From positions 68,719 to 132,718 of the forward strand of contig CAITKP010000063.1 of assembly GCA_903892995.1 (NCBI GenBank): a stretch of DNA of 64,000 bases, read 5' to 3'. This document shows positions 18,556 through 27,952 of this stretch, piece after piece. The notes beneath the pieces were generated by a model that ran no database searches, was not told the DNA's origin, and saw only the letters and a program-made list of their open reading frames with translations. Source of the stretch: an uncultured Campylobacterales bacterium (GTDB lineage Bacteria > Campylobacterota > Campylobacteria > Campylobacterales > Sulfurimonadaceae). Position 1 is the first letter of the stretch. The number at the start of each line of letters is the position of its first letter. The translations under genes and the position numbers were made by a program.

Positions 18556-20288
18556 AAAACGTAATAAATTTTATAGAGCATGAAGATGTCATCAAGAGTG
18601 AACTCTTTTCACAGTTAAAGTGTAGTGAAGCGGAAGTAAAAATTCTTCAGCATTTAGTCAAAAAGTTTCTTCAAGGTAATGAAGATATGCTTGTTTTAGA
18701 GCTTTTGCAAGATCTTTATGGAGCTGAGGATTACACCTATTTAGAGCATCTAGCAGATATCAAAGCGCTTTTAGAACTAGGATGGATCAATCAAAGAACT
18801 TTCACGCCTGTCAAGATCAGTGAAGTAATTAATTTAGAACTTTTAAATGGAGCGGTGGGACTTACATCATCATTTTTACGATTACTTGAAGAGGGGAGCT
18901 TAGAGCTTTCCTTGCCAGATGTGAAGCCTTATGGGGATCATTTGGAGTATTTACAAGATCAGTTTTTTAGAATAGAGATGTATCAAAAGATGAGTGCTAT
19001 CCGTCACAATGTGCATGAACACTCGCTTGGGATTGACCGTATTCAAAATAAACTTAATCTCTTAGAAACAAGAATCGCAGAGCGTATAAAAGAAACAGCC
19101 GAAGATATTGTTTTAGATAAATTTTTTAAACAAAAAAAGTTAGAAAAGAAAGAGGAAGTGATCTTTTTAGCGCTTCTTCGCGAAGAGTACAACGCCACAG
19201 AAACCTCACTTAGAGAGATGAATGCGCTAATAGACCTTATCTCTTTTGATGATTATGATCGTATTAAAAACCGCTCACTTTTAGAAGAGGGCTCAAAACT
19301 TATAGCGGATGATATTATTGATTATGAAGAGATGCTCAATCCATTTGGAGGAATTTCTCGTTCGTTTTATATTACAGATGAGATTCTTCAATCGATCATC
19401 CACCCACAAAAAAAGAAAAAAGTCACAAAGCTCAAACTCGATATGCTCATAAAAGATCAAGATATTTTTGAGCTTATCGATCCAGAGACAAATCTGAATG
19501 ATGTTGTTTTAAATCCAAAAACTAGAGACACACTTGATAATTTGATGCGTCAAGTCGATAAAGAGGTAGTCGCTCGTTTGGTGGCTTGGGGGATTAAAGA
19601 TAAAAAAAGCGGTATTGACGCGCGCATCATTTTTTATGGCGCTCCAGGGACTGGGAAAACTATGACAGCGCATTCGCTTGCAAAATCTCTTAAACGTCAA
19701 GTGCTTAGTTTTGACTGCTCAAAAATTCTCTCTATGTATGTTGGCGAGAGCGAAAAAAATGTGCGTAAAATATTTGACACCTATTATGAACTCACAATGC
19801 AGACAAAAACAGAACCTGTGCTGTTGCTCAATGAAGCTGATCAATTTTTGAGCGCGCGTTCAAGTGGTCCAGGAGGCGGAGCAGAGCAGATGCATAACCA
19901 GATGCAAAATATTTTCTTAGAGCAGATAGAAAAGTTCAAAGGGATTTTGATTGCTACGACAAATTTGCTAGAAAATATTGATGTTGCATTTTCACGACGT
20001 TTTAACTACAAAATAGAGTTTAAAAAACCAAATGAATCTCAACGCTTGCAATTATGGAAAAAAATGCTCCCAAAAGGTGCTCCATATGAGAAAGATTTTG
20101 ACTTAGAGAAACTTGCTTCTTATTCACTCACCGGTGGGCAGATCAATCTTATCATCAAAAATACGGCTTATAGTGTTGCTATTAAAAAAGAACCGCTCTT
20201 TAGTTTGGAAGATTTTATTTCCCATATACAAAAAGAGAAAGAGGGTAATTTTGATAGTGAAAAATCTGTAGGATTTTTAACAAAATAG
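18552..20288 (+). CDS. AAA+ ATPase with a long helical N-terminal region
   Basis: C-terminal classic AAA module with Walker A GAPGTGKT, Walker B LLLNEADQF and SRRF (arginine-finger region). The N-terminal ~340 aa have no recognisable domain. A TTG start overlaps the upstream TGA. Confidence 0.75.
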   Translation: MKNVINFIEHEDVIKSELFSQLKCSEAEVKILQHLVKKFLQGNEDMLVLELLQDLYGAEDYTYLEHLADIKALLELGWINQRTFTPVKISEVINLELLNGAVGLTSSFLRLLEEGSLELSLPDVKPYGDHLEYLQDQFFRIEMYQKMSAIRHNVHEHSLGIDRIQNKLNLLETRIAERIKETAEDIVLDKFFKQKKLEKKEEVIFLALLREEYNATETSLREMNALIDLISFDDYDRIKNRSLLEEGSKLIADDIIDYEEMLNPFGGISRSFYITDEILQSIIHPQKKKKVTKLKLDMLIKDQDIFELIDPETNLNDVVLNPKTRDTLDNLMRQVDKEVVARLVAWGIKDKKSGIDARIIFYGAPGTGKTMTAHSLAKSLKRQVLSFDCSKILSMYVGESEKNVRKIFDTYYELTMQTKTEPVLLLNEADQFLSARSSGPGGGAEQMHNQMQNIFLEQIEKFKGILIATTNLLENIDVAFSRRFNYKIEFKKPNESQRLQLWKKMLPKGAPYEKDFDLEKLASYSLTGGQINLIIKNTAYSVAIKKEPLFSLEDFISHIQKEKEGNFDSEKSVGFLTK

Positions 20289-20489
20289 CCTTTTTCTCTC
20301 TTCTTTGTTACGAAATTACACCAAAGCAATAAATAAAATAAAATTGGTGTTTCTCTTCGTGACAAAGCACCATCTTGTTTACAAAAACTCTTCTTGCTTT
20401 AATACTCTTTTTGATATAGTGCTTTTAACTGTTTTTTCAACACTTATAGTGTAGTGTTTGATGACAAAAAATAAACGAAGGTAGGATGT

Positions 20490-20879
20490 ATGGAGCATAT
20501 TCACACTGCAAATACATATTTTGGGGTATTTGTACTATTTGCACTGACGTTTGGTGCGTTCTTCATGACGACGAATATTGCAAGACTAGTGAGTCGTGCA
20601 ATGGCAAAAAAAGATACTGAAAAGATAAAGCTCTCTGTCTATGAGTGTGGACCAGAGATCACAAAACAGCCAAATAGACTCTCTCCGCAGTTCTATCTGT
20701 TTGCACTTCTTTTTATTCTTTTTGATGTTGAGATCGTTTTTATGTTCCCATGGGCGGTAGATTTTAAATATCTTGGTTGGTTCGGATTCGTTGAGATGAT
20801 GACATTTATCTTATTGCTTGCAATTGGTTTTGTATATGCATGGAAAAAAGGAGCCCTAGAATGGCACAACATAAAGTAA
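20490..20879 (+). CDS. nuoA: NADH-quinone oxidoreductase subunit A
   Basis: 129 aa, three TM helices, YECG motif, and first position in the nuo operon. Confidence 0.9.
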   Translation: MEHIHTANTYFGVFVLFALTFGAFFMTTNIARLVSRAMAKKDTEKIKLSVYECGPEITKQPNRLSPQFYLFALLFILFDVEIVFMFPWAVDFKYLGWFGFVEMMTFILLLAIGFVYAWKKGALEWHNIK

Positions 20880-21370
20880 ATTATACGCAAAATGCTGGTC
20901 TTCCAGTAGCACTTACGACGATTGACAAAGTAGTAAATTGGGGTCGTTCAAACTCACTTTGGGCACTTACTTACGGTCTTGCATGTTGTGGTATCGAGAT
21001 GATGGCTTCGGGGGCTTCTCGTTATGACTTCGACCGTTATGGTACTATTTTTAGAGCTTCTCCTCGTCAAGCGGATGTTATGATTGTAGCAGGAACTCTA
21101 ACGAAAAAACATGCTGAGTTTATCAAGCGTTTATATGATCAAATGACAGAGCCTAGATGGGTTATCTCTATGGGTTCATGCGCAAACACTGGCGGTATGT
21201 TTAATACATATGCAACAGTTCAAGGAGCGGATCGTATTATTCCAGTTGATCTTTATCTTCCAGGCTGTGCTCCACGTCCTGAAACGCTTCAATATGGCGT
21301 CATGCTTTTACAAAAAAAGATCCGTGCCGAAAAAGCGATTAAATCTCAAAAAGCTAAGAGGTTGATGTAA
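20861..21370 (+). CDS. nuoB: NADH-quinone oxidoreductase subunit B
   Basis: [18 protein letters not shown] and LPGCAPRPE are the N2 cluster ligands. I place the start at ATG 20861 (MAQHKVNY) rather than 20840. Confidence 0.9.
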   Translation: MAQHKVNYTQNAGLPVALTTIDKVVNWGRSNSLWALTYGLACCGIEMMASGASRYDFDRYGTIFRASPRQADVMIVAGTLTKKHAEFIKRLYDQMTEPRWVISMGSCANTGGMFNTYATVQGADRIIPVDLYLPGCAPRPETLQYGVMLLQKKIRAEKAIKSQKAKRLM

Positions 21371-22176
21371 TGAGAGCCTATACACCAAAAGATGATGTAC
21401 AAGCAAAAGCGTACTATACAGACAGATTTTATGTTGCACCTCAAGTCCCAAAACAAGATGTTTCAAGTGATGAAGTCTTTGCTACTGATTTAGAAGCGAT
21501 CAAAGCAAAGTTTGAAGTACTTGATGCTTATATTCAAGTAGAGCAGATGGTTGTTATCATCAATGCAAAAGATAACTATGGTGTACTAGAACTTCTTCGT
21601 GATGAACTAGAATATACACAGCTTTCAGAACTTAGTGCAATTGATTGGATTGCAAAAAGTGGAGAGTTTGAAGTTTTTTATCAAATGCTTTCGATGGGAA
21701 AAAGAAAACGTGTTCGCATTAAATGTTTCGTAGCTAAAGATGAAGCGATCAACAGCGTTGAAAAACTTTTCCGCTCTGCTGACTGGTCTGAGCGTGAGAT
21801 GTATGATATGTTTGGCTTACATGTAAACAATCACCCATTTTTAAAACGTATCTTGATGCCATACGATTGGGAAGGTCATCCTTTGCTTAAAACCTATCCT
21901 CTTGAGGGTGATGAGTTTGCTGCTTGGTATGAAGTGGACAAAATCTACGGTAAAGAAGCTCGTGATATCATCGGGCCTGAAATCCGTGATACAGCGCGCG
22001 TTGACCGTTATGATAGCGAGCGTTTTGCACGTCTTGGGCATGAAGTTCCAAAAGGTACGAAGATCACAGGAAATGAACCAAAAACTCCTCTTGCTTATCA
22101 AGAAGAGGGCGGCGTGTTTATGATTGACAGATTTGATGAAGAAAAATCAGTAATTATTACAGACAGGGATAGGTAA
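21370..22176 (+). CDS. nuoC: NADH-quinone oxidoreductase subunit C
   Basis: [14 protein letters not shown]...HP.LKRIL is the 30-kDa subunit signature. 268 aa. Confidence 0.9.
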   Translation: MRAYTPKDDVQAKAYYTDRFYVAPQVPKQDVSSDEVFATDLEAIKAKFEVLDAYIQVEQMVVIINAKDNYGVLELLRDELEYTQLSELSAIDWIAKSGEFEVFYQMLSMGKRKRVRIKCFVAKDEAINSVEKLFRSADWSEREMYDMFGLHVNNHPFLKRILMPYDWEGHPLLKTYPLEGDEFAAWYEVDKIYGKEARDIIGPEIRDTARVDRYDSERFARLGHEVPKGTKITGNEPKTPLAYQEEGGVFMIDRFDEEKSVIITDRDR

Positions 22177-22180
22177 GCTC

Positions 22181-23419
22181 ATGCAACATCAAAATAGATT
22201 AAGACCATTTTTTGAAAATATTACGTTTGATCGTGACGATAATGAGATGATCCTCAACTTTGGGCCACAACACCCATCGGCTCACGGTCAGTTACGCCTT
22301 ATGCTTCACCTCCAACAAGAGATGATTACAAAAGCACATCCAGATATCGGTTACCTTCACCGTGGTATGGAGAAGATGGCTGAGAATATGATCTACAACG
22401 AGTTTATGCCGACAACAGATCGTATGGATTATATAGCTTCGAGTTCAAATAACTATGGATTTGCACTTGCTGTTGAAAAGCTAATCGGTCTTGAAGTGCC
22501 TCGCCGTGCTAAAGTGATCCGTATGCTTCTTTTAGAGATAAATAGATTGATGTCTCACCTTTTTTGGTTGGCTACTACGGCGCTTGATATCGGTGCGATG
22601 ACAGTTTTCCTTTTTGCTTTCCGTGAACGTGAATATCTGATGGATCTTATCGAAGATTATTGTGGTGCTCGTTTGACACACTCAGCTATTCGTATCGGTG
22701 GTGTGCCTTTAGATATTCCAGATAATTTCATCGCAGATCTAAGAAAATTCCTAGATAAACTTCCAGAAAACATCAAAGATTATGAAGATCTTCTAGATAC
22801 AAACCGTATCTGGAGAATGAGAATGGAAGATGTTGGTGTGATCTCCAAAGAGATGGCGCTTTCATGGGGATGTACAGGTCCAATGCTTCGTGCAAGCGGT
22901 GTTGCTTGGGATATCCGTAAAGAGGAACCATACGAACTTTATAGTGAAGTAGAGTTTAAAGTTCCAGTTTCTGACAAGGGCGATAACTTTGCTCGCTACC
23001 GTATCTATATGGAAGAGATGAGACAATCTGTGCATATTCTTTACCAAGTAGCAGATATGTATGAAGCGACTATTGCAAATAACCAAACAGAATTGATGGC
23101 GCATGCACCAAAATATATCTCTGCTCCTAAGCTGGATATCATGACGCAAAACTACTCTTTGATGCAACATTTTGTGCTTGTCACTCAAGGTATGCGCCCA
23201 CCAGTTGGTGAAGTCTATATCCCAACAGAATCGCCAAAAGGTGAACTTGGATATTACATCAACTCTCAAGGCGGTCCATACCCATACCGTCTTAAATTAC
23301 GTGCACCATCATTTTGGCACACAGGAATTTTGACAGACTTACTTCCTGGGCATTATATTCCAGACGTTGTATCTATTATTGGTACTACGAACATCGTATT
23401 TGGAGAGGTTGACCGCTAA
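22181..23419 (+). CDS. nuoD: NADH-quinone oxidoreductase subunit D
   Basis: [21 protein letters not shown] and a C-terminal ...VFGEVDR. 412 aa. Confidence 0.95.
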   Translation: MQHQNRLRPFFENITFDRDDNEMILNFGPQHPSAHGQLRLMLHLQQEMITKAHPDIGYLHRGMEKMAENMIYNEFMPTTDRMDYIASSSNNYGFALAVEKLIGLEVPRRAKVIRMLLLEINRLMSHLFWLATTALDIGAMTVFLFAFREREYLMDLIEDYCGARLTHSAIRIGGVPLDIPDNFIADLRKFLDKLPENIKDYEDLLDTNRIWRMRMEDVGVISKEMALSWGCTGPMLRASGVAWDIRKEEPYELYSEVEFKVPVSDKGDNFARYRIYMEEMRQSVHILYQVADMYEATIANNQTELMAHAPKYISAPKLDIMTQNYSLMQHFVLVTQGMRPPVGEVYIPTESPKGELGYYINSQGGPYPYRLKLRAPSFWHTGILTDLLPGHYIPDVVSIIGTTNIVFGEVDR

Positions 23420-23643
23420 TGAAAAGATATGATCTAAGACATTTAAAAAATGAGTTTGAGCCTAGAATGGCTGAGATACTAAAATCTCATCCAACTGGGG
23501 AAGTTGGAATATTTTTATTTGAGGTGGGTGATTTTACTCCTGTTCAGCGTTCAGCTGATTTAGTAAAAGAATCAGGATATGAGCTTTTAAACTCATTGAA
23601 ATTCAACGAAGTCGATTGGACTGTCGTAGTGAAAAAAAGTTAG
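23419..23643 (+). CDS. Small Cys-free protein in the NuoE position (C. jejuni Cj1575c-like placement)
   Basis: 74 aa, translationally coupled (TAATG) to nuoD. It contains no cysteine, so it cannot carry the NuoE 2Fe-2S cluster. The assignment rests on position only. Confidence 0.55.
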   Translation: MKRYDLRHLKNEFEPRMAEILKSHPTGEVGIFLFEVGDFTPVQRSADLVKESGYELLNSLKFNEVDWTVVVKKS

Positions 23644-23652
23644 GAACATATT

Positions 23653-25686
23653 GTGAGTAAAGTCTATTTTTCCACTTGGAATGGTGAATTTATCAACAAC
23701 ATAAACAAACCGCAAGATCAGTGGGAAGAATCAGCATACAACCTGCCAGCGCAGTATGATGACCATAGAGAATCAAAAGCATTCATCGGTTGGGATGGTG
23801 TAGCGATTTTTAATGCAGATGTGGATGTAATCCGCCTTGCAACTGAATATGCGGCACAATATCAGGTTTATTCTGAAGCGTGTGGACGCTGTGCACCCGG
23901 ACGTTGGGGTGGTAGAATTTTATATGATATGCTTGACAAAATCGCTCGCGGCGAGGGTGAACTCTCTGATATGGATCACCTCAAAGAGATCAGTCAAAGT
24001 ATGCAGATCACTTCAAAATGTGAAATTGGCAAAACAGTGCCAAATCCTATTTTGGACATTATGACCCATTTTGAAGATGAATTTCTTACATGTATTAATG
24101 AAAAAAAAGCATCAAAACATTACGATGCAACTATCAACTACATTGCTAAAATAACAGCTCCATGTACGGATGCGTGCCCAGCTCATGTTGATATCCCTGG
24201 ATATATCGAGGGTGTAAGAGATTTACGCTTTGATGATTCACTTATGGCAACACGTCAAACGATGCCACTCGCGCATACATGTGGGCGCGTTTGTCCTCAC
24301 CCATGTGAGAGTGCGTGTCGTAGAACAAATCTTGATGAACCGATCTCGATCATGGAACTCAAGCGCCTTGGTGCTGACTATGAAACAGATCATGGCTTTG
24401 GCTTTTTTCATCCGTTAGAGAAAAAACCGAGTATTGGCAAAAAAGTCGCAGTTATCGGTGCTGGACCTGCGGGGCTTACAACAGCTTATTACCTGGCACT
24501 TGAGGGAATTGATGTTGATGTGTATGAAGAACTCCCTGTATTGGGCGGTGAAGTCGCTGTTGGTGTACCAGAGTACCGTATGCCAATCGATAAATACAAC
24601 AAAGATATTGATTGTGTGAAAGACCTTGGTGTAAATTTCATTGTTAACTCAAAAGTAACAGCAGATATGATGCGTCAATTTGAAAATGATTATGATGCTG
24701 TCATGGTTGCAACGGGAACTAGAATCTCTAAAAAAGTGTATTGTGATAATGAACGTGCTGAGATAAAAGGGTACTGGGGAGCGATCGATTTCCTTGATAA
24801 AGTAAACCTTTTTGAAAAGTATGGTTATACGATAAGCAAAGAGGAGCAAGAAGAAAACCTTTTGACGACAGATTATGTGGATTTGACTGGTAAAACAGTT
24901 GTCTGTGTCGGTGGTGGATTTACTTCTATGGACGTTGTTCGCTGTTCAATCCGTGCGAATGCAAAAAAAGTATATATGATCTACCGTCGTGATGAAAAGA
25001 CGATCATTGGTAACACAACATATGAAGAGTATCACGAAGCGGTTGAAGAGGGTGTTGAGTTTTTATTCCACTCTGCAGTCGCTGAGATGAGAGATGAAGA
25101 TAATATCTTAAAATCTCTGCTTATAGACAAGTTTGAACTCGTTCCAGATCCAAATGGCGGTCGTGCTCAACTTTTAAAAGTTGAGGGTGCTTCTTATGAG
25201 ATCGAAGCGGATTATCTTGTTCCTGCTGTAAGTCAGAGTGCGGACTTGAAACTTCTTCCTTCTGAGTGGGAGATCGAGATGACTTCGTGGGCGACTATTA
25301 AGACAAATGGAAAAGATTATATGACATCTCGCAAAGGTATTTTTGCTTCAGGTGATTGTGAATATGGTCCAATGACGATTGTTAATGCAGTTGGTCAAGC
25401 AAAACGTGCGGCTTCTGTGATGGCAAGATATGTACAAACAGGTGAAGTAAGTTTGAGCGATGATGAGATCATGGAAGATCACCTACGTAAACTTCGCGTT
25501 TATGATAAAAAAGAGAAAATCAAAGGTTGGCTTCCAGGGTTACCACGTGAAGTGAGTGTCAAACTTGATGTTGATGATCGCAAAACAAACAATAAAGAGG
25601 TCAATCTTGGATTTACACAAGAGGAAGCTTTAAGTGAAGCAGATCGTTGTATGCGATGTTATTATATCGCTATGACAGCAGTGTAG
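23653..25686 (+). CDS. Protein in the NuoF position: NuoF-C-terminal-like domain fused to a GltD/NfnB-type Fe-S FAD/NAD(P)H oxidoreductase
   Basis: EACGRCAPGRWGG...SKCEIGKTVPNPI resembles the NuoF 4Fe-4S domain with the third Cys replaced. CTDACPAHVDIP...CGRVCPHPCESAC is the GltD-type Fe-S region. VAVIGAGPAGL and VVCVGGGFTSMD are two Rossmann motifs, and ASGDC is also present. 677 aa. Confidence 0.7.
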   Translation: MSKVYFSTWNGEFINNINKPQDQWEESAYNLPAQYDDHRESKAFIGWDGVAIFNADVDVIRLATEYAAQYQVYSEACGRCAPGRWGGRILYDMLDKIARGEGELSDMDHLKEISQSMQITSKCEIGKTVPNPILDIMTHFEDEFLTCINEKKASKHYDATINYIAKITAPCTDACPAHVDIPGYIEGVRDLRFDDSLMATRQTMPLAHTCGRVCPHPCESACRRTNLDEPISIMELKRLGADYETDHGFGFFHPLEKKPSIGKKVAVIGAGPAGLTTAYYLALEGIDVDVYEELPVLGGEVAVGVPEYRMPIDKYNKDIDCVKDLGVNFIVNSKVTADMMRQFENDYDAVMVATGTRISKKVYCDNERAEIKGYWGAIDFLDKVNLFEKYGYTISKEEQEENLLTTDYVDLTGKTVVCVGGGFTSMDVVRCSIRANAKKVYMIYRRDEKTIIGNTTYEEYHEAVEEGVEFLFHSAVAEMRDEDNILKSLLIDKFELVPDPNGGRAQLLKVEGASYEIEADYLVPAVSQSADLKLLPSEWEIEMTSWATIKTNGKDYMTSRKGIFASGDCEYGPMTIVNAVGQAKRAASVMARYVQTGEVSLSDDEIMEDHLRKLRVYDKKEKIKGWLPGLPREVSVKLDVDDRKTNNKEVNLGFTQEEALSEADRCMRCYYIAMTAV

Positions 25687-25696
25687 GGAGGATTGG

Positions 25697-27952
25697 ATGA
25701 GTAATTTGATTAATTTTACCATTGATGGAAAAGCCGTAACTGCGAAGAAGGGCGAGACGATTTTAACGGTCGCACGCCGTGAGGGGATCTATATCCCAAC
25801 AATGTGTTACATCTCTAAAACGACTCCATGTGCATCTTGTCGTATGTGTGTTGTTGAAGCTGAGGGTGTTGAGGGGTTTGTACTTTCATGTAATACACCT
25901 CCGACAAACGGAATTGCGATCACAACAAACACGCAAGCGCTTGAAAATGAACGAACAAACATCATGAAGCTTTATGATGTAAATCACCCATTAGAGTGTG
26001 GTGTTTGTGATAAATCTGGAGAGTGTGATCTTCAAAACAAGACTTTAGAGTTTAATGTTTCAAAGCAAAACTTTTCGGCACGTGACCAACATAGAAAAAT
26101 CGAAAACTGGGGGCTTATCAGTTATGACCCAGCTCTTTGTATTTTATGTGAAAAATGTGTGCATGTTTGTAATGAAGTGATAGGCGATGATGCGATTGAT
26201 CTGCAATTTGGCGGATATAAATCAAAAGTTATTCCTAAAAACTCTGATACTCTTGATTGTACATATTGTGGTGAGTGTATTGCGGTTTGTCCTGTTGGCG
26301 CACTTATCAGCACTAATTTTAAATACAGTGCAAATGCTTGGGAGCTTACTCGTGTTCCTGCGACTTGTGCGCACTGTTCGGGTGGATGTTCTTTAGAGTA
26401 TGAAACACGCCATACAGGAATTTCATCAAAAGATAATTCGATCTATAGAGTAAAAAATAATTTTGAATTTAGCTCACTCTGTGGTGCTGGACGTTTTGGT
26501 TTTGGTTTTGATAATAAAACGACAAAAAATCCTGATGCATTTGCAAGAGCATTTGATGCGATTGTAAATGCAAAAGCTATCCGTTTTAGTTCGATGATCA
26601 CAAATGAAGAGGCTCTTCTTTTACAAAGATTAAAAGAGAGTTTGGGGATTAAACTTTATAACGAAGATGCAAGAAAATATGCTTTATTTATGGAAGCGTA
26701 TGCAAGCATTAGCGGTAAAAAACATCACAGTGCAACACTTGAAGCAGTGAAACAAGCAGATGCTGTTATCGTGATTGGTTCTATGATTGCAACTGATAAT
26801 CCAGCTGTAAGATATGCAATGACGACTGCTGCAAAACATAATGGTGCAAAGATTATCTATGCACACCCGATAGAAGATGCTTTAATGCAAAATACTATCA
26901 CTCAGTTTTTAAAATATGAAGTGGGAACTGAAGAGGGAGTGTTAGCACTAATAGCTAAATATCTTCTTGCTGATTGCGAATTAGGCAGTGACGAAAAAGC
27001 CTTTTTTGATGCTTTAGATGATGGATACTTAAGTGCTGAGAGTAATATTGGCGAAGAGGAACTCTCTTTGATGATGAAATCATTAATGAGAACCAAAAAC
27101 AGAGTTTTAGTAGTTGGAAATGATCTTATTGCACACAAAGAAGCGAAAAATATTGCAAAGCTTGTGGCGGTCATAGAAAAATATAGCGATATCTCTGTTT
27201 TAGTCGTACCGCGCGATGTAAACACTCTTGGTGTAAGCCTTACATGTAAGCTAGATTGTGATGATAACTCTTTAGAAAATGTTGTCGGATATAACGAAAA
27301 AGGAAGTTTTGTTATAGCGAGTTTAGCTGGAGCTGATCTGGCAACTCCTGCACTCAATCAGCAAGAGGGAACATTTGTGAGTATCGATAACAGAGTGATT
27401 CCTACGAATGCTGCTCTTGCTTTTGATGGTTATGAACTTCATGATCTTGCAAAAGAGTTGGGCGTTGGCAAGCAAAATACGATCGATTTTACAAAAGAGT
27501 TGCCACAAGAAAGTGGATTTAAGGCACTTGAATTTGATGTCTTAGAGAACTTTTTAGCGCCACTTGGAGAAGATGTTCGCGGATATATGCTTGATCAAGT
27601 AGAGGTTGCTATGGATGGATCACTCGATGAGCTTGACGCATTACCTGAGTTTAATGGAACGATTATTTACAACGTGAATCCTGTCTTGCAGTTTAATGCT
27701 TATACAAATATAGCTTCACAGTTGGAGCGTGATACAACACTTCGAGGCTCTGCTCAATTTGGTGCAGCTGCACGAATAAGTGATGGAGATCAAGTAGAGA
27801 TCAGTTTTGGCGACAAAACATTTGTGCGTACTTTTAAACAAGAAGAGAGTTTAAAGGGAACAGTGGCGCTCAATCCTACATTTGATTTAGAGGGTAATAT
27901 GGAAAGTTATAGATTTCAAAAATCTAAGATTGTGAGAGTGAATCATGAGTAG
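25697..27952 (+). CDS. NuoG-like Fe-S subunit, paralogue 1 (751 aa)
   Basis: N-terminal 2Fe-2S ferredoxin fold (CYISKTTPCASCRMC), HPLECGVCDKSGECDLQ, CILCEKCVHVC, CTYCGECIAVCPVGAL and CAHCSGGC, followed by a molybdopterin-oxidoreductase-like body. Confidence 0.8.
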   Translation: MSNLINFTIDGKAVTAKKGETILTVARREGIYIPTMCYISKTTPCASCRMCVVEAEGVEGFVLSCNTPPTNGIAITTNTQALENERTNIMKLYDVNHPLECGVCDKSGECDLQNKTLEFNVSKQNFSARDQHRKIENWGLISYDPALCILCEKCVHVCNEVIGDDAIDLQFGGYKSKVIPKNSDTLDCTYCGECIAVCPVGALISTNFKYSANAWELTRVPATCAHCSGGCSLEYETRHTGISSKDNSIYRVKNNFEFSSLCGAGRFGFGFDNKTTKNPDAFARAFDAIVNAKAIRFSSMITNEEALLLQRLKESLGIKLYNEDARKYALFMEAYASISGKKHHSATLEAVKQADAVIVIGSMIATDNPAVRYAMTTAAKHNGAKIIYAHPIEDALMQNTITQFLKYEVGTEEGVLALIAKYLLADCELGSDEKAFFDALDDGYLSAESNIGEEELSLMMKSLMRTKNRVLVVGNDLIAHKEAKNIAKLVAVIEKYSDISVLVVPRDVNTLGVSLTCKLDCDDNSLENVVGYNEKGSFVIASLAGADLATPALNQQEGTFVSIDNRVIPTNAALAFDGYELHDLAKELGVGKQNTIDFTKELPQESGFKALEFDVLENFLAPLGEDVRGYMLDQVEVAMDGSLDELDALPEFNGTIIYNVNPVLQFNAYTNIASQLERDTTLRGSAQFGAAARISDGDQVEISFGDKTFVRTFKQEESLKGTVALNPTFDLEGNMESYRFQKSKIVRVNHE

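Noticed and set aside
22862-23269. 135-aa minus-strand ORF inside nuoD. Similar antisense ORFs lie at 26902-27357 (nuoG paralogue 1), 31481-31915 (nuoI) and 32787-33143 (nuoK/L).
   Set aside because: These are antisense shadows within highly conserved complex I genes, with odd composition and no RBS.
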